Shown here piece after piece: positions 11,921-23,053 of a DNA stretch of 34,717 nt. The notes beneath the pieces are model-generated. The model did no database searches, was not told the DNA's origin, and saw only the letters and a list, made by a program, of their open reading frames with translations. The DNA comes from Nemertoderma westbladi (Eukaryota > Animalia > Xenacoelomorpha), in contig JAUCBJ010007069.1 of the NCBI GenBank assembly GCA_032718475.1, positions 1 to 34,717 on the forward strand. Direction: 5' to 3'. Every line of letters starts with the position of its first letter. The stretch's first letter is position 1. The position numbers were made by a program, and so were the translations under genes.

Positions 11921-12469
11921 AAAGGAACTAGTATAATAAATTGAAATTATATTTAAAAATTAACAAGTGCTACGATAACAATTTTTTTACGGGAAAGTAG
12001 GAGAACGGAACCAGTGTCGAAAATCATAGCTATGCTTACCTAAAACATAGCTACCGTAAAATTTAGTTGCTTGAATATCAAAGGGACATTTGATCATTGA
12101 AGGAATTGCAACAAATGTGAATTTCTAGAACTCTCCTCATATTATCAGGTCTCAATCTTTAAAATCAGTTCCAGATTTAATATACATCTTCCACGTATGC
12201 AAGCGCCTCTGTACATTACTGTCGATGTCTTAAGTTATAATCAAAGTGGTTGTGAATTGTATCCATGGTAGCTAGTGGATGGAACCTATTAATATGCGAA
12301 TATTTTATATTTTATTATTATATTCTAATTGATTGGCTGTAACTAAGCTACCAAAAGCGGGATAGGAATAATAACTGGTTATTTTCCCTAGGGCGAATTC
12401 GGATATTTTTTTACATAGCCCACCATTGTATTGTTATTTTAAACAGTTTTTAATGGGGAATAACATAAT

Positions 12470-12603
12470 TTATTACCAGGTTATTTAGTTATTTTACGAG
12501 TTATTTACCCGAGGGACATGTTATAGACCCGAGGCGAAGCCGAGGGTTTATAACTGGCCCGAGGGTAAATAATGAGGAAAATAACTAAATAACCTGGTAA
12601 TAA
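12470..12603. repeat. Long palindromic hairpin centred on GAGGCGAAGCCGAG
   Basis: TTATTACCAGGTTATTTAGTTATTTT pairs with AAAATAACTAAATAACCTGGTAATAA; inner CCCGAGGG units give tandem GA mismatches. Confidence 0.8.
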
Positions 12604-13128
12604 GTGAGTTATTAACCAATTTTACCAGGATTCCCACATTTCTAAAAGGGCTTTAGTTTGGGGGCAGAAGTATTAAAATGGGGCTTGGATATTTTGGGGG
12701 TACAAATATAATATATTTTAAATTTTGTAATTCTTTATGTGTATTATATTTTATTTCAAGACGGTTATTATTCCCTGGGGAGAAATATCTGAATTGGTGA
12801 TGAATATCACCGACATTCATGTCCCGCATTTCCTGTCCAGTTCGACAACTAAAGTACATGCATAATAAGCAATAAAGAGTATTGATAACATAAGTGGTGT
12901 GTGTACACATCCAATTAGCCCCTTCTCCTTCAAAATTTTAAAATCGTCCACATCTAAGGCCTCACTTGTAGAATCTCATTATCAGCTTCATCCATCAGTG
13001 TCAACTGATCCCTATCCAATTGAATCTCTAATACATCTAAACATCCCGCCACCATATATCCACCCCCACCCAGTCCATCCCGCCACCGCCACCATCTTGT
13101 CAAGAAAGAATTCGCTTGCGGGGCGAGC

Positions 13129-13381
13129 CACGAAGTGAGCGAAGCCTTAGCATATATATGGGTGTCATTAACGAGTTGCCTGTCGTCGTCGTCTGTCGTC
13201 GTCGTATATTTTTGATCGCTAATAACTCGGTCATTCCTTGTTTAAATTAAACGAAATTTGGTACGTATATACGTACAGTAGTCCGGCAAAAGTTTAGAAA
13301 GAATCGGAATTTTGTTAGAAAACGAACGACAAACAACTCGTTAATGGGTCCCCTATATGCTAAGGCTTTGCTCACGTCGTG
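13129..13381. mobile_element. MITE-like element with ~48-bp inverted repeats and internal (GTC)n
   Basis: CACGAAGTGAGCGAAGCCTTAGCATATA...CATTAACGAGTTG (13129-13178) vs CAACTCGTTAATG...TATATGCTAAGGCTTTGCTCACGTCGTG (13334-13381). Confidence 0.75.
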
Positions 13382-14524
13382 TTGCGCGAACACCCCACGA
13401 ACGTTTAAGTTCAACTTAGATTATATACTGTAGTATATATATTTTATAGAGTTTAACTAAGTTAAACTATATCTACGGTAGGCACTAGTGTAGCCTGTGT
13501 GACCTTATTTGAACTTTAAAAAATACTGTATTTTTTTGTCTTTTGTTATTGTTTTCTAAAACATTAGTATAGGCCTATATGTTTTTTATGGTAGCTCTGT
13601 AATGTTTTTTTACTAGCTAGTATTTTTAAATTATTATAAAAAATATGTGATAACATTGGTATTTCAGGTTTAAACAGTTATTGCTGACCAAAAAATATGA
13701 CCAAAAATATTAATGATATTTCTTGTAATAGGTTACATTTTTTTATTTTTAAAACATACTAGCTAGTAATCTACTAGCTACCATTGAAAATATCTGCTAA
13801 GGTTCTAGAACATTCACCAATATTAAAAAACACCAAAAAAACAATATTACCTTTTTTCAAGATATACTATCTAGTAAAAAAAACACTAGCTAACATAAAA
13901 AATATCGGCACTACTGAACTTAAGGGCCCCAAAATTGACTGGAACCAAACAAATAATATTGCAAAGGAGATTCAGGTGATGATATATTTTTTAGCATCAT
14001 TTACGTTTTTTAATACTTAACTGCAATTGTAACAATATATATTCTAGAATGTCTATTTTACTATAATTAAACTAAACAAATTAGTACCGCTAGTAAGCTT
14101 ACTGCATGTACTGATCTGACAGTGATACAGAATGATTACTCAGCAGTTATTATTCCCCGGGATAGAATAACTCAGCAATAGAACTCTATGTTAATCTAGT
14201 TATTTTTAATAAGTAATAATATCGGAAAAACCCGATTAATTGGTTAATAACTTTAATTATGTTCCAGAATATTTTCCTACTGTTACCATCATTTGTCTAA
14301 TTTCTACCTTTTATTCTATTTTAATTTAATTCAATCCTACTACTGTGCTACTACTTATTCCTGCCAATGGATTATTCTATTTTATAATCCACATTCTGGC
14401 CTACTCTGTGGGCTTGTGCAGTACAATAGTATGGGTCGCGTGGCCTATACGATTTATCCAGCTGTACTCACGTGCCCCCCTCTCGCTACTCACTACTAAC
14501 TAATACTTATATTATACATACCCT

Positions 14525-15285
14525 TCTACCACTAACTCTTACTAACCGGTACTACGTACCCTCTTACTAACTTCTAACTCCACTAACTCTTACTAACCGG
14601 TACTACGTACCCTCTTACTAACCTCTGACTCCACTAACTCTTACTAACCGGTACTACGTACCCTCTTACTAACTTCTAACTAACTCCTACTAACCGGTAC
14701 TACATACCCTCTTACTATCCTCTAACTAACTCCTACTAACCGGTACTACGTACCCTCTTACTAACCTCTAACTAACTCCTACTAACCGGTACTACGTACC
14801 CTCTTACTAACCTCTAACTAACTCCTACTAACCGGTACTACGTACCCTCTTACTAACCTCTAACTAACTCCTACTAACCGGTACTACATACCCTCATACT
14901 AACCTCTAACTAACTCCTACTAACTGGTACTACGTACCCTCTTACTAACCTCTAACTAACTCCTATTAACCGGTACTACGTACCCTCTTACTAACCTCTA
15001 ACTAACTCCTACTAACCGGTACTACGTACCCTCTTACTAACCTCTAACTGACTCCTACTAACCGGTACTACGTACCCTCTTACTAACCTCTAACTCTCTC
15101 TCAACTAACGGTACTACGTATCCTCTTACTACTAACTAACTATCTAACTAACGGTACTACATACCCTCTTACTACTAACTAACTATCTAACTAGCGGTAC
15201 TACGTACCCTCTTACTACTAACTAACTATCTAACTAGCGGTACTACGTACCCTCTTACTACTTAACTAACTATCTAACTATCTGC
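14525..15285. repeat. Tandem array, ~16 units of 51, 46 and ~43 bp
   Basis: Core AACCGGTACTACGTACCCTCTTACTA at 14544, 14595, 14646, 14692, then every 46 bp to 15060, then ~43-bp variants. Confidence 0.95.
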
Positions 15286-15695
15286 CTACTTACTCTTTCT
15301 TTATTTATTTATTTTTTTTATTTTTATGTGTGGGAAGGGCGTCTCGCCCTCAATCCCACCCCCCTCAGTCCAAAACTTGGACGACTAAACTAAACTCGAC
15401 TAAGGTGCGCCCTCTAGCAGGCAGTTCTCCCACTGCCCCCCTGTAGGACCTCTGATTCTTCGCCCCGCTCTCCTTGTCAATTCCAACTCTCTTGGAATTG
15501 ACCTTCCCTTTTCTCCTGTCCTTAAATTTGGAAAGTGCTGCCTGTTCTCTATGTCTCTGATCTCCTCGTGGTCGTCCCTTGGCGGCAAAGTGCCACCCTT
15601 CAACTTGTCGTTCGGCAATATAATGCCGCCCCTGTTTTCATCCTTAATCTTAGATGCCACCTCTGCTGGCCTCCCCCTTAATATGTGCGCTGGCA

Positions 15696-18600
15696 TTAAA
15701 GGCCTGATGACCCCTGTTCATCCTTCGGTATACACGATGTCTGCATATGTAATGCCCCCTCGCACTGTGCCAGTCCCGTGTGCGTGTGTAACACACCTTC
15801 TACTTTCCTGGCTTCTTTGTTACCTTTACTCTTGGGCTTCTCTGCCCCTGGTCTAATCATCTCACATCTTCTCCCTTTCCATCTTGTCTTCTTACTCAGC
15901 CTCTCCCTCTTCGGTATGCCTCTCAACCGGACCGGCGTCTCTTCCGGACGTTCCTCCGGACACTCCTCCGGACGGTTGTCCTCCTGACATCTCGCCGTCC
16001 ACTCCTCTCCATCCCCATACCGATACTTGCTGGGAACATCCTTGTTCCATCCCATTGCCTCTAAATCTTCTGCATCCAAGCCATTCTCCTCCGCCCACTC
16101 TCTTGGTGTTGCTTCCACTTCTAGCTGTCTCCCCCTATCGCCCGTCTCTTGTTTCTCCTCTATCTCCTCAACAGTTCCTGGCACCATGCACCCTGAACTC
16201 TCGGTTACACTGAATGGTATATTGGTTCTGATTGGGCCGGTTAGCGTCCACCCGAATGGTGTTAAAATCGCCACCGGGTCACACTGCCTGTCTTCGCCGA
16301 AGACCGTTTGCATTCTCTCGTGGGCCGTCGGGCAGTCCATTCCTACTATAATGGATACCTTCCTAACGTCCACCTCTGGGATTGAGAAGTCGATACTGTC
16401 CAGGAATTTATATTGCTCGACCTCGATGTTGGTTGGTCGCCTGGCGTTGATATTTATCGACTCTATCACCTGGACGGGGTCGATGGTCGCCCCGTAGTCG
16501 CATCCCGGTGCTATCGCTGCTATTGCGCACCGTCCGGTCCTCATCTCCAGGACCTCATCTTTGCTGGAGATGGTTGTTACCGCCATTCTACTTGGCCTCA
16601 TTCTCAATCCTATCTCTTCGGCCACCCAGTCCTCAACCAGCGTGAAGGCTGCTCCACTGTCGACCAGCATCAGTGTGGTCACTGATCGATTGCCTTCCCC
16701 AATTATCCTTACTGGTACTACCCCTAGTAGTACCGTTCCTCTCTTCTTCGCCCCTACGGTGCTTGTTGCCATCGTCTGACCTTTACTTTGACCGAACTTA
16801 ATTGGCGTTTCCTTGCATTGGTTAGCTCTATGTCCACTCATCACACATTGAGAACAAATTTCATTTCTCCTCGCGTATTCTACCTGATCTTCCCTGGGTA
16901 GTGCTTGCCAGTACCTGCAGTTCATGGTCTGATGAAGTGCATTTGTATGTAATTGGCATTTGTTCTTTGGGTTGTAGCCATCCTTATACAGTGCGCTGCG
17001 TATCGCACTTGCGTTTGTACCAAAGTCCCTACTGTTCTTATTGCTTGGGTTCGGCCTACTGGGTGTGCTGGGGTTATGTTTATTTGTGTTGTTATTTTTC
17101 CCCTGTCCGCTCCATGGTGTGGTCTTACCCCCGGCTACTTGTGGACTAGCAGTCCCCTGCGTTGCCGCATACGGCAGTGATTGTCTGAGCTTTGGCAATG
17201 CGTTCGCCGTGTTATGTTCTGGTTTCGGCCTGTGGTATTCGGTCTTTGATCCCTTTCCCAGGCTATCCTCACTATAGACTGGGTCCGTTATTAGTTCGGC
17301 TTCATAGTTTAAGAAGCTCGACATTTCTTCTAAACCCGGTTCCGCACCCTTCCTGTCTCGAGTGGAGAAGGCGATCTTCCTCCTCTTGTTGCGCAACCAC
17401 ATCGGCAGTGCCTGCGCTATCGTGGTGATGTTATTGGATGCGTTAAGTTCGTATGGCGCGTCCAGCGTCTTTAACACGATTAGCGCTTTCTCGACTTTGT
17501 TAGCGAATGTCTTTATGCTAACGGGGTTATCCTGTAGGCCACCCGATGTTATACCTCTCAGGGTTTGCCGGATGATCTTGGCTGGGTGCCCGTACTCCCT
17601 GTCTAGTGCCCGCCATGCTGTCGTGAAGCCACCCTCGATGCCCTGGTATTGCCTCACGATGTCGTATGCTGGGCCTCCTGTATACACTTGCAGATACTTT
17701 AGGCACTCCGCTTGTGTCAAATTCTTCGTTAGTATTTCATTACTATACATGCGCCGAAACTGTAGGTATTCTTCCGGTCTACTTCCATCGAATTTAAATG
17801 GTTCTACGGGTGGTAACTCGATCCTAGTTTTTAATGCATCGATTAGTGTAGCCATTCCCATTGCTTGTGCTTCCAATGGGTTCGATGGATGCTGTATAGA
17901 TTCTCCCGTTGGGTGCGGTCTGTTCGTCCTGTCTGCTGCTTTCCTTTGACTCGGATATATCATTGGGGGTAGCGGCCCCCTCCATATTTCGGTGTCGCAC
18001 GATCTATTCTCGTCCAAGGGGTTCGATGTTCTTATTCCTATTGGGGTGTATTGTTGATATTGTGATGGGGGAATGTCACCCTGTCCCCCCCCCCCCCCCC
18101 CCACCGGTATGTTTGGTACTGGGGTTGATGTTAATATATTGGGGCCCATACACCTATCCGCAATAACTCTCCCCTCCCCTGGATATATGTTATGTCCTTG
18201 CATGCTGTAGTCATACTGCTGTGCTGGTACCGGTATAGGCCTATCCACTTCTGGCCTACCTGCCGGTATGTACTCCGCGACTTCCGGGTTTAATCCCGTC
18301 GTCCGCGCTATCCTATCGCCTACATTATCTCTCCCAGCATGGCCTATGGTATGTGCAGTAAGGCCTACAGTATGTCCTGCAGTCTGTATGTGTCGCTCGG
18401 GATCGAAGTTTAATCTTCTCGAATAATCCTCCCCGTGGCTACCGTACTCTCGATCGCTAGGCAGATCCCGTCGGGAAGTTTCTCTTCGACCCCCTCTACT
18501 GCTCTCGTCCTCGTACCGGTGCATCCCGTACCCCTCTCTCGACGCGTAGTACGCCTCATCAGGTCGCGTTTCCCCGGGACGACGGCAATCTCCCGAAGTC

Positions 18601-18941
18601 CGACCCCACTGACTCTCCGTCTCCATCTCTACTACCGACGGCTCACTATCCGTCCTCGCTCTCCTGTCGTTCGTGACGACACTTCTTCTACTCTCTTTCC
18701 TTCTTCTCTCTGCAGTGCAGTATCCCCATTCGTGAGATCTCTCGTCGACCTCCCGGTTAAACTCCACTGTTCTTCTTCCCTCTTCTGATCGGGCTCGACG
18801 TTTCGTCGCCCGCCCTCTCGCGACGTCAACCTGTCTCTCTCTGCTCGATCGCACGCCGCCAGGGATACTCGTAACCCCCTTACTATACTCCATCGCCAGG
18901 TGCTGCGGTTCACCTAATTCGCCTCGCGCATTATCCGCCAA
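15696..18941 (-). CDS. BEL/Pao Gag core, Cys/His knuckles and aspartic protease (C-terminal part of polyprotein)
   Basis: FKFDGSRPEEYLQF...LKYLQVYTGG...LDREYG (DUF1759-like); CQLHTNALH...C and CSQCVMSGHRANQC; LVDSGAAFTLV; AILTPFGWTLTGP. Frame stays open upstream to the C20 tract at 19007. Confidence 0.88.
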   Translation of the reverse strand: MADNARGELGEPQHLAMEYSKGVTSIPGGVRSSRERQVDVARGRATKRRARSEEGRRTVEFNREVDERSHEWGYCTAERRRKESRRSVVTNDRRARTDSEPSVVEMETESQWGRTSGDCRRPGETRPDEAYYASREGYGMHRYEDESSRGGRRETSRRDLPSDREYGSHGEDYSRRLNFDPERHIQTAGHTVGLTAHTIGHAGRDNVGDRIARTTGLNPEVAEYIPAGRPEVDRPIPVPAQQYDYSMQGHNIYPGEGRVIADRCMGPNILTSTPVPNIPVGGGGGGQGDIPPSQYQQYTPIGIRTSNPLDENRSCDTEIWRGPLPPMIYPSQRKAADRTNRPHPTGESIQHPSNPLEAQAMGMATLIDALKTRIELPPVEPFKFDGSRPEEYLQFRRMYSNEILTKNLTQAECLKYLQVYTGGPAYDIVRQYQGIEGGFTTAWRALDREYGHPAKIIRQTLRGITSGGLQDNPVSIKTFANKVEKALIVLKTLDAPYELNASNNITTIAQALPMWLRNKRRKIAFSTRDRKGAEPGLEEMSSFLNYEAELITDPVYSEDSLGKGSKTEYHRPKPEHNTANALPKLRQSLPYAATQGTASPQVAGGKTTPWSGQGKNNNTNKHNPSTPSRPNPSNKNSRDFGTNASAIRSALYKDGYNPKNKCQLHTNALHQTMNCRYWQALPREDQVEYARRNEICSQCVMSGHRANQCKETPIKFGQSKGQTMATSTVGAKKRGTVLLGVVPVRIIGEGNRSVTTLMLVDSGAAFTLVEDWVAEEIGLRMRPSRMAVTTISSKDEVLEMRTGRCAIAAIAPGCDYGATIDPVQVIESININARRPTNIEVEQYKFLDSIDFSIPEVDVRKVSIIVGMDCPTAHERMQTVFGEDRQCDPVAILTPFGWTLTGPIRTNIPFSVTESSGCMVPGTVEEIEEKQETGDRGRQLEVEATPREWAEENGLDAEDLEAMGWNKDVPSKYRYGDGEEWTARCQEDNRPEECPEERPEETPVRLRGIPKRERLSKKTRWKGRRCEMIRPGAEKPKSKGNKEARKVEGVLHTHTGLAQCEGALHMQTSCIPKDEQGSSGL

Positions 18942-20734
18942 CGCCTGTGGGACATTCTTTGCCCCCCTCCTCTCGCCGCTATTCTCTCGTTGTGGGGCTC
19001 CTGTAGCCCCCCCCCCCCCCCCCCCCGCTCGCCGCCTATCACTCCACTACCTCTTACTTCACTTCTACACCCCTCTCTAGTCGACACACTAACCCTACTG
19101 CGGCTGGGTCCGTTCACCCCCGCCTCTCTCTCTACTACTGTGTGGCCTACCAGGCCACCCTCGGGTTGACTCAACCCCGCCACTTCCTGCCTACTAACTA
19201 CGTGGCCTACAAGGCCCCCCTCGGGTTGGCTCAACCCCGCCACTTCCTGCCTACTGACTACGTGGCCTACCAGGCTCTCATTGGGGTTTCTCACCCCCGC
19301 CACCTCCTGCCTACTGACTACGTGGCCTACCAAGCCCTCATTTGCCGGGCTATGCACGTCCGCCACGTTCATATTAATAGCACCATTACCAGTATTATCT
19401 GTTAAATCAATTAAGTCCTCCAAATCAATTAAATTATTTTGCACGCCTAAATTAGAAACGGGATTATTCTGTTCGTTTGAAATAAGATTATTTGAATTAT
19501 TTTGCGTAATTATATTATTTGAATTATTTTGTAAATTCGAATTTAGATTATTTGAATTATTTTGTAAATTCAGATTTAGATTATTTGAATTATTTCCTAC
19601 GTTTATATTAGAATGGCTCGGATTTAAATTACTACCATCAGACAAAATGTTATTTCCTGCAACAAAAGTTTGATTAGGGTTATCCACTACGGTACTATTA
19701 ATATTAACGTCCTCTACTGTATTATTATCATTATTACCCCCCCCCCCCCCCCCCCCCCCCCTGCCCGTACGGTCACACCAGTCTCGGGTCTGTCGTCCGG
19801 TCCCTGTAAGTGGGGTATTAATAAATGTTTCCCTAACTCCTGGCTCCTCGTAAATACTACTCGAGCCAGCCTCACTCTCTGACAGCCCCATCTGTGCCAG
19901 TTCTAGTCGGCGCTTCTGTTTGGCTTGATATTGCATAAGCCCCCTCAACCGGGCGTGCATATCATCCCGCACACGCTTTCCCGTTATTTCTCTCTCTCTA
20001 TCCTCTCCTGAACTCTGATCGGCTAACTCCGCCTCTCTCACAACTCTCTCCAGTCGTCTCGCCTCGCGCTCTTTTCGCTCACTCTGCTCTCTCGCCTCAC
20101 GCTCTTCACGTCTATTCTCCTCTCTCGCCTCACGCTCTTCACGTCTATTCTCCTCTCTCGCCTCACGCTCTTCTTGCTCCTTCCTTTCTATCCTCCCTAT
20201 TTCCTCACACTCCTTAAAACTTCTCGCGACCTTTTCGGCTCTCTCTCTGTTCTCTCTAGCCAGTTCTTTCTCCTTTTCTAATAACGCACTCCCTTCTTCC
20301 AACTGTCTCTCTAATTCTCTCTGGTCTAGCGCCGCCAGATCGAGTTGGCACGCCAGATCTATTTCTAGCACCCGTCTTACTTTTGCGGAGGATGTAGCAG
20401 ACTTATCGGTTGCGACGGACTCCCTCCGCCTTCCCGTCCTACTAACTTTCCCCCGCCTTCCGGAATTTTCGCCGACCGACGAGACCGAATCCTCGGGGTT
20501 AACCTCGGATTCGCCCTCCTGCGGTCTCCTCCAACCCACTAATTTAATTCCCCGGGCATCGACTAAGTATGGCCCTATGTACACTACACCAGGCTCCATA
20601 CCCCTGCATTCCCACAGTTCAAACAGTTCGGTGGCAACCCCTCTCGCTCTCTCATCGGCTAGTTCTCCCTGCCCAAAGAGCACTAAGTAATCAAAATGTT
20701 TATTCGACTCACCTAGCCGCTTCTCTAGCTCCAC
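18914..20734 (-). CDS. Gag N-terminal extension: Glu/Arg coiled coil, Asn-rich tract, GLVGHVVSRQEVAG repeats
   Basis: 606-aa ORF overlapping the downstream Gag ORF in the adjacent frame; EEREAREENRR repeats; 60-bp coding repeats at ~19140-19340. True start uncertain. Confidence 0.7.
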   Translation of the reverse strand: MELEKRLGESNKHFDYLVLFGQGELADERARGVATELFELWECRGMEPGVVYIGPYLVDARGIKLVGWRRPQEGESEVNPEDSVSSVGENSGRRGKVSRTGRRRESVATDKSATSSAKVRRVLEIDLACQLDLAALDQRELERQLEEGSALLEKEKELARENRERAEKVARSFKECEEIGRIERKEQEEREAREENRREEREAREENRREEREAREQSERKEREARRLERVVREAELADQSSGEDREREITGKRVRDDMHARLRGLMQYQAKQKRRLELAQMGLSESEAGSSSIYEEPGVRETFINTPLTGTGRQTRDWCDRTGRGGGGGGGGNNDNNTVEDVNINSTVVDNPNQTFVAGNNILSDGSNLNPSHSNINVGNNSNNLNLNLQNNSNNLNSNLQNNSNNIITQNNSNNLISNEQNNPVSNLGVQNNLIDLEDLIDLTDNTGNGAINMNVADVHSPANEGLVGHVVSRQEVAGVRNPNESLVGHVVSRQEVAGLSQPEGGLVGHVVSRQEVAGLSQPEGGLVGHTVVEREAGVNGPSRSRVSVSTREGCRSEVRGSGVIGGERGGGGGGLQEPHNERIAARGGGQRMSHRRWRIMREAN

Positions 20735-21335
20735 CTGGTCTATCTTGGCCCCTCCTTTGGCTTCTCTTAGTTGCTTCCGGATCGCGTTGTAGGCTCATCG
20801 GAGCCGGTCGCTGACCCCGACGTCCTCGTCACCGACGTCTCCTCTATCCCTCCGTGTCCGGCGTCGTACCGGCGGCCCCACCGTCGCCATTCCGGTGGGC
20901 TGTCCGTCGCCCTCGGCCTGTGGCTGGCCGGCGACATCGGCACGTCGACCGCCGTCGTGTGTCTGTCGACTCGTCTCTCTCCTCTCTCGACTCGTCCTCT
21001 CGCTGTAGACGGCCCCCCTCCGTTTGGATTGCCGGATCGCCTATGGTCGACGGATCCGGCGTCGTGGGTCGGTACCGTCGCGTCGCGGCCTCGCGGATCG
21101 TTAGGTCGCCATCCGGGGTCCGCGGCGGTGTCGTCTCTCCTTCTCGACTCATCTTTATCGATGGCTGGCAGTTACAGTTAGTTTCGGGTGTCTTATCGTA
21201 TCGCGGTATCGGGCAGCTGCTGGTTCTTGTCACTGTGACGGGATCCGAGAATCCCGATTTATCCGGTTATCTTGTTTACGCGTCCCCGCCGTGTGTGTGA
21301 AAAGAGTTCTGATATTATTGAGTTGCTCTGACCAT

Positions 21336-21800
21336 TGTTGGTAACATATGTATAAATATATATAATAAAGTATAAGCACAGTTGGCAATAAAGTGATAGT
21401 TGAGTACCGGTAATATAGTTGAATGATGATGGCGGCAGTGGACGGTGACAAGAGTTACCGTTCTGCCCTAACTGAACTGACTAACTGAGTAAATGAATGT
21501 GATACACCGACCGGTAATATACTGCTCTAGTTTGGCCATATTACTCAGCGGATGCCTGCCCCCCCATTGGCTGATAACCTAATTCTCGCCCTCCCATCTC
21601 TCTGGGAGTGTTCTCCCCTCACTACTGTCACTCTCTCTCTCTCGGAGGTATAACCTCTGACCCCCTTTGTGTGTGTCCTTTGGGGTTTCTCGTCCCCGTT
21701 TATTGGGGTGATACGAGGTTGATTGGCAATCAACCTCGTGCTCCTAATATTGCTTAAAGCTAACTTTGTGGGGTGGTTAGCGGAATTGAATTCGCTAACA
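21336..21800 (-). repeat. Candidate 5' LTR of element B (~465 bp) followed by PBS-like TGGTCAGAGC
   Basis: On -: starts TGTTAGC, ends TACCAACA (TGTT...AACA), then one base and TGG at 21334; TCAGT Inr-like motifs and CCAAT inside. No second copy in the window. Confidence 0.55.
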
Positions 21801-22361
21801 GATTATGTTGATTAAATTTAAAAACAGTTAGATTATCAGAAGAAATTTAAAGAACCAAATATTTACATTTTAACTTTATGTTATGTGCAAATGATTTATC
21901 GCGAAGTGTGAAATGGATGTGGGGAAAGTTGGATATATGTAAACCAAATTGATTCAGCTGTTATTACCAAATAAATTCTGACTCACCCACTAAGAAGGGG
22001 GGATGGCAAACTATCTCTGTTACACATTTTTTGCAATTTTATTATTATTAAAAAATATTTATAAGACGCCGTATACACGATGTTCTAGACTTACAGTAAA
22101 AAAATAATAACTTGAATATAAAATAACATAAAATTATTTGAAAAAGGTTCAATAAAGAAAATGAAAACGTATTACTGTATTTGTACGCTCTAATTCTACC
22201 GCGCAATGTGAAAAGACAGTAAAGTCGCATTTTTCCAAAATTAACTTTTACACTTTTTCTAGTTCTAAAAAATGCTCTCTAAACGAGAACACCGTATCTA
22301 CTCTAGTTCTCGTGACATTCAATTGAAAAAGGCCGGAAGTCACAACATATGTATAGTGTTA

Positions 22362-23053
22362 CAGTACAGGCCACCAGAAAAAGCAGATCTCATCCAATGT
22401 GATCACATGTGAACACATTTGCTCAAGTCATCTGATTGGCAGGTTATGGCGAGTTATCTTCTAGATCACACAGCAGGAGGCTAACTTGCTGGGACCGACA
22501 AAGGCTTTGTGTGCGGTGCGCCTGTATGTCTGATATCAGGTAGATGAGAGAGCCCCCAGGGCATAACATTGCGGACATGGGCTGTATTGGTAGAGAGAGA
22601 ACTACATACAAGACCACATGGAGGTTCATGGAGTGTATGGGAGTGGATGGGTATGTGGATGGAGGAGCCTAGACCATTGAATAATTAATTTAGTGCAGGG
22701 AGATGTCGCGCCTAGTCTGACACCGAGAGGGCACAGAGAAACACCAGAAGAGATGCCTTAACATCACTAACTATAGGCCTGCCTACTAGACACTATTAAC
22801 CGCACACTATAAAGGTAAACAAATCCTTATCGCATTTCCAGCTGCAGTGAGTGACAGTTCGCGGCAAACTACAGAGAGTTTCCAGATTACTAAGCGTTTC
22901 AAAAGTATTCAATTGTATCCTTTGGCGAAAAAATTTTGGTTGTTGCCAATTCAATTATGTCCAAATGTTCAACAAAATTACATTACACTGGTACACATTT
23001 GATAAAATGTGTTCACAATTGTACAAATCTGCGTTTTCTGGTGGCCTGTACTG
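22362..23053. mobile_element. Tc1/mariner-pogo type MITE (692 bp) flanked by TA
   Basis: TIR CAGTACAGGCCACCAGAAAA.GCAGAT at 22362, reverse complement ending at 23053; TA at 22360-61 and 23054-55; no transposase ORF. Confidence 0.8.

Larger units (their letters stand above)
14281..21800 (-). mobile_element. BEL/Pao-derived element B encoding Gag + protease only (non-autonomous or truncated)
   Basis: Candidate LTR + PBS at 21800-21320, Gag/protease ORFs, then short ORF and tandem array; no RT, RNase H or integrase motifs seen. Left boundary tentative. Confidence 0.75.

Noticed and set aside
14525-15285. CRISPR-like or telomeric array
   Set aside because: Inter-core sequences are near-identical variants, not spacers; not a simple telomeric motif.
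15551-21300. Short overlapping + strand and alternative-frame ORFs
   Set aside because: Shadows of GC-rich Gag coding and leader sequence; no recognisable motifs.
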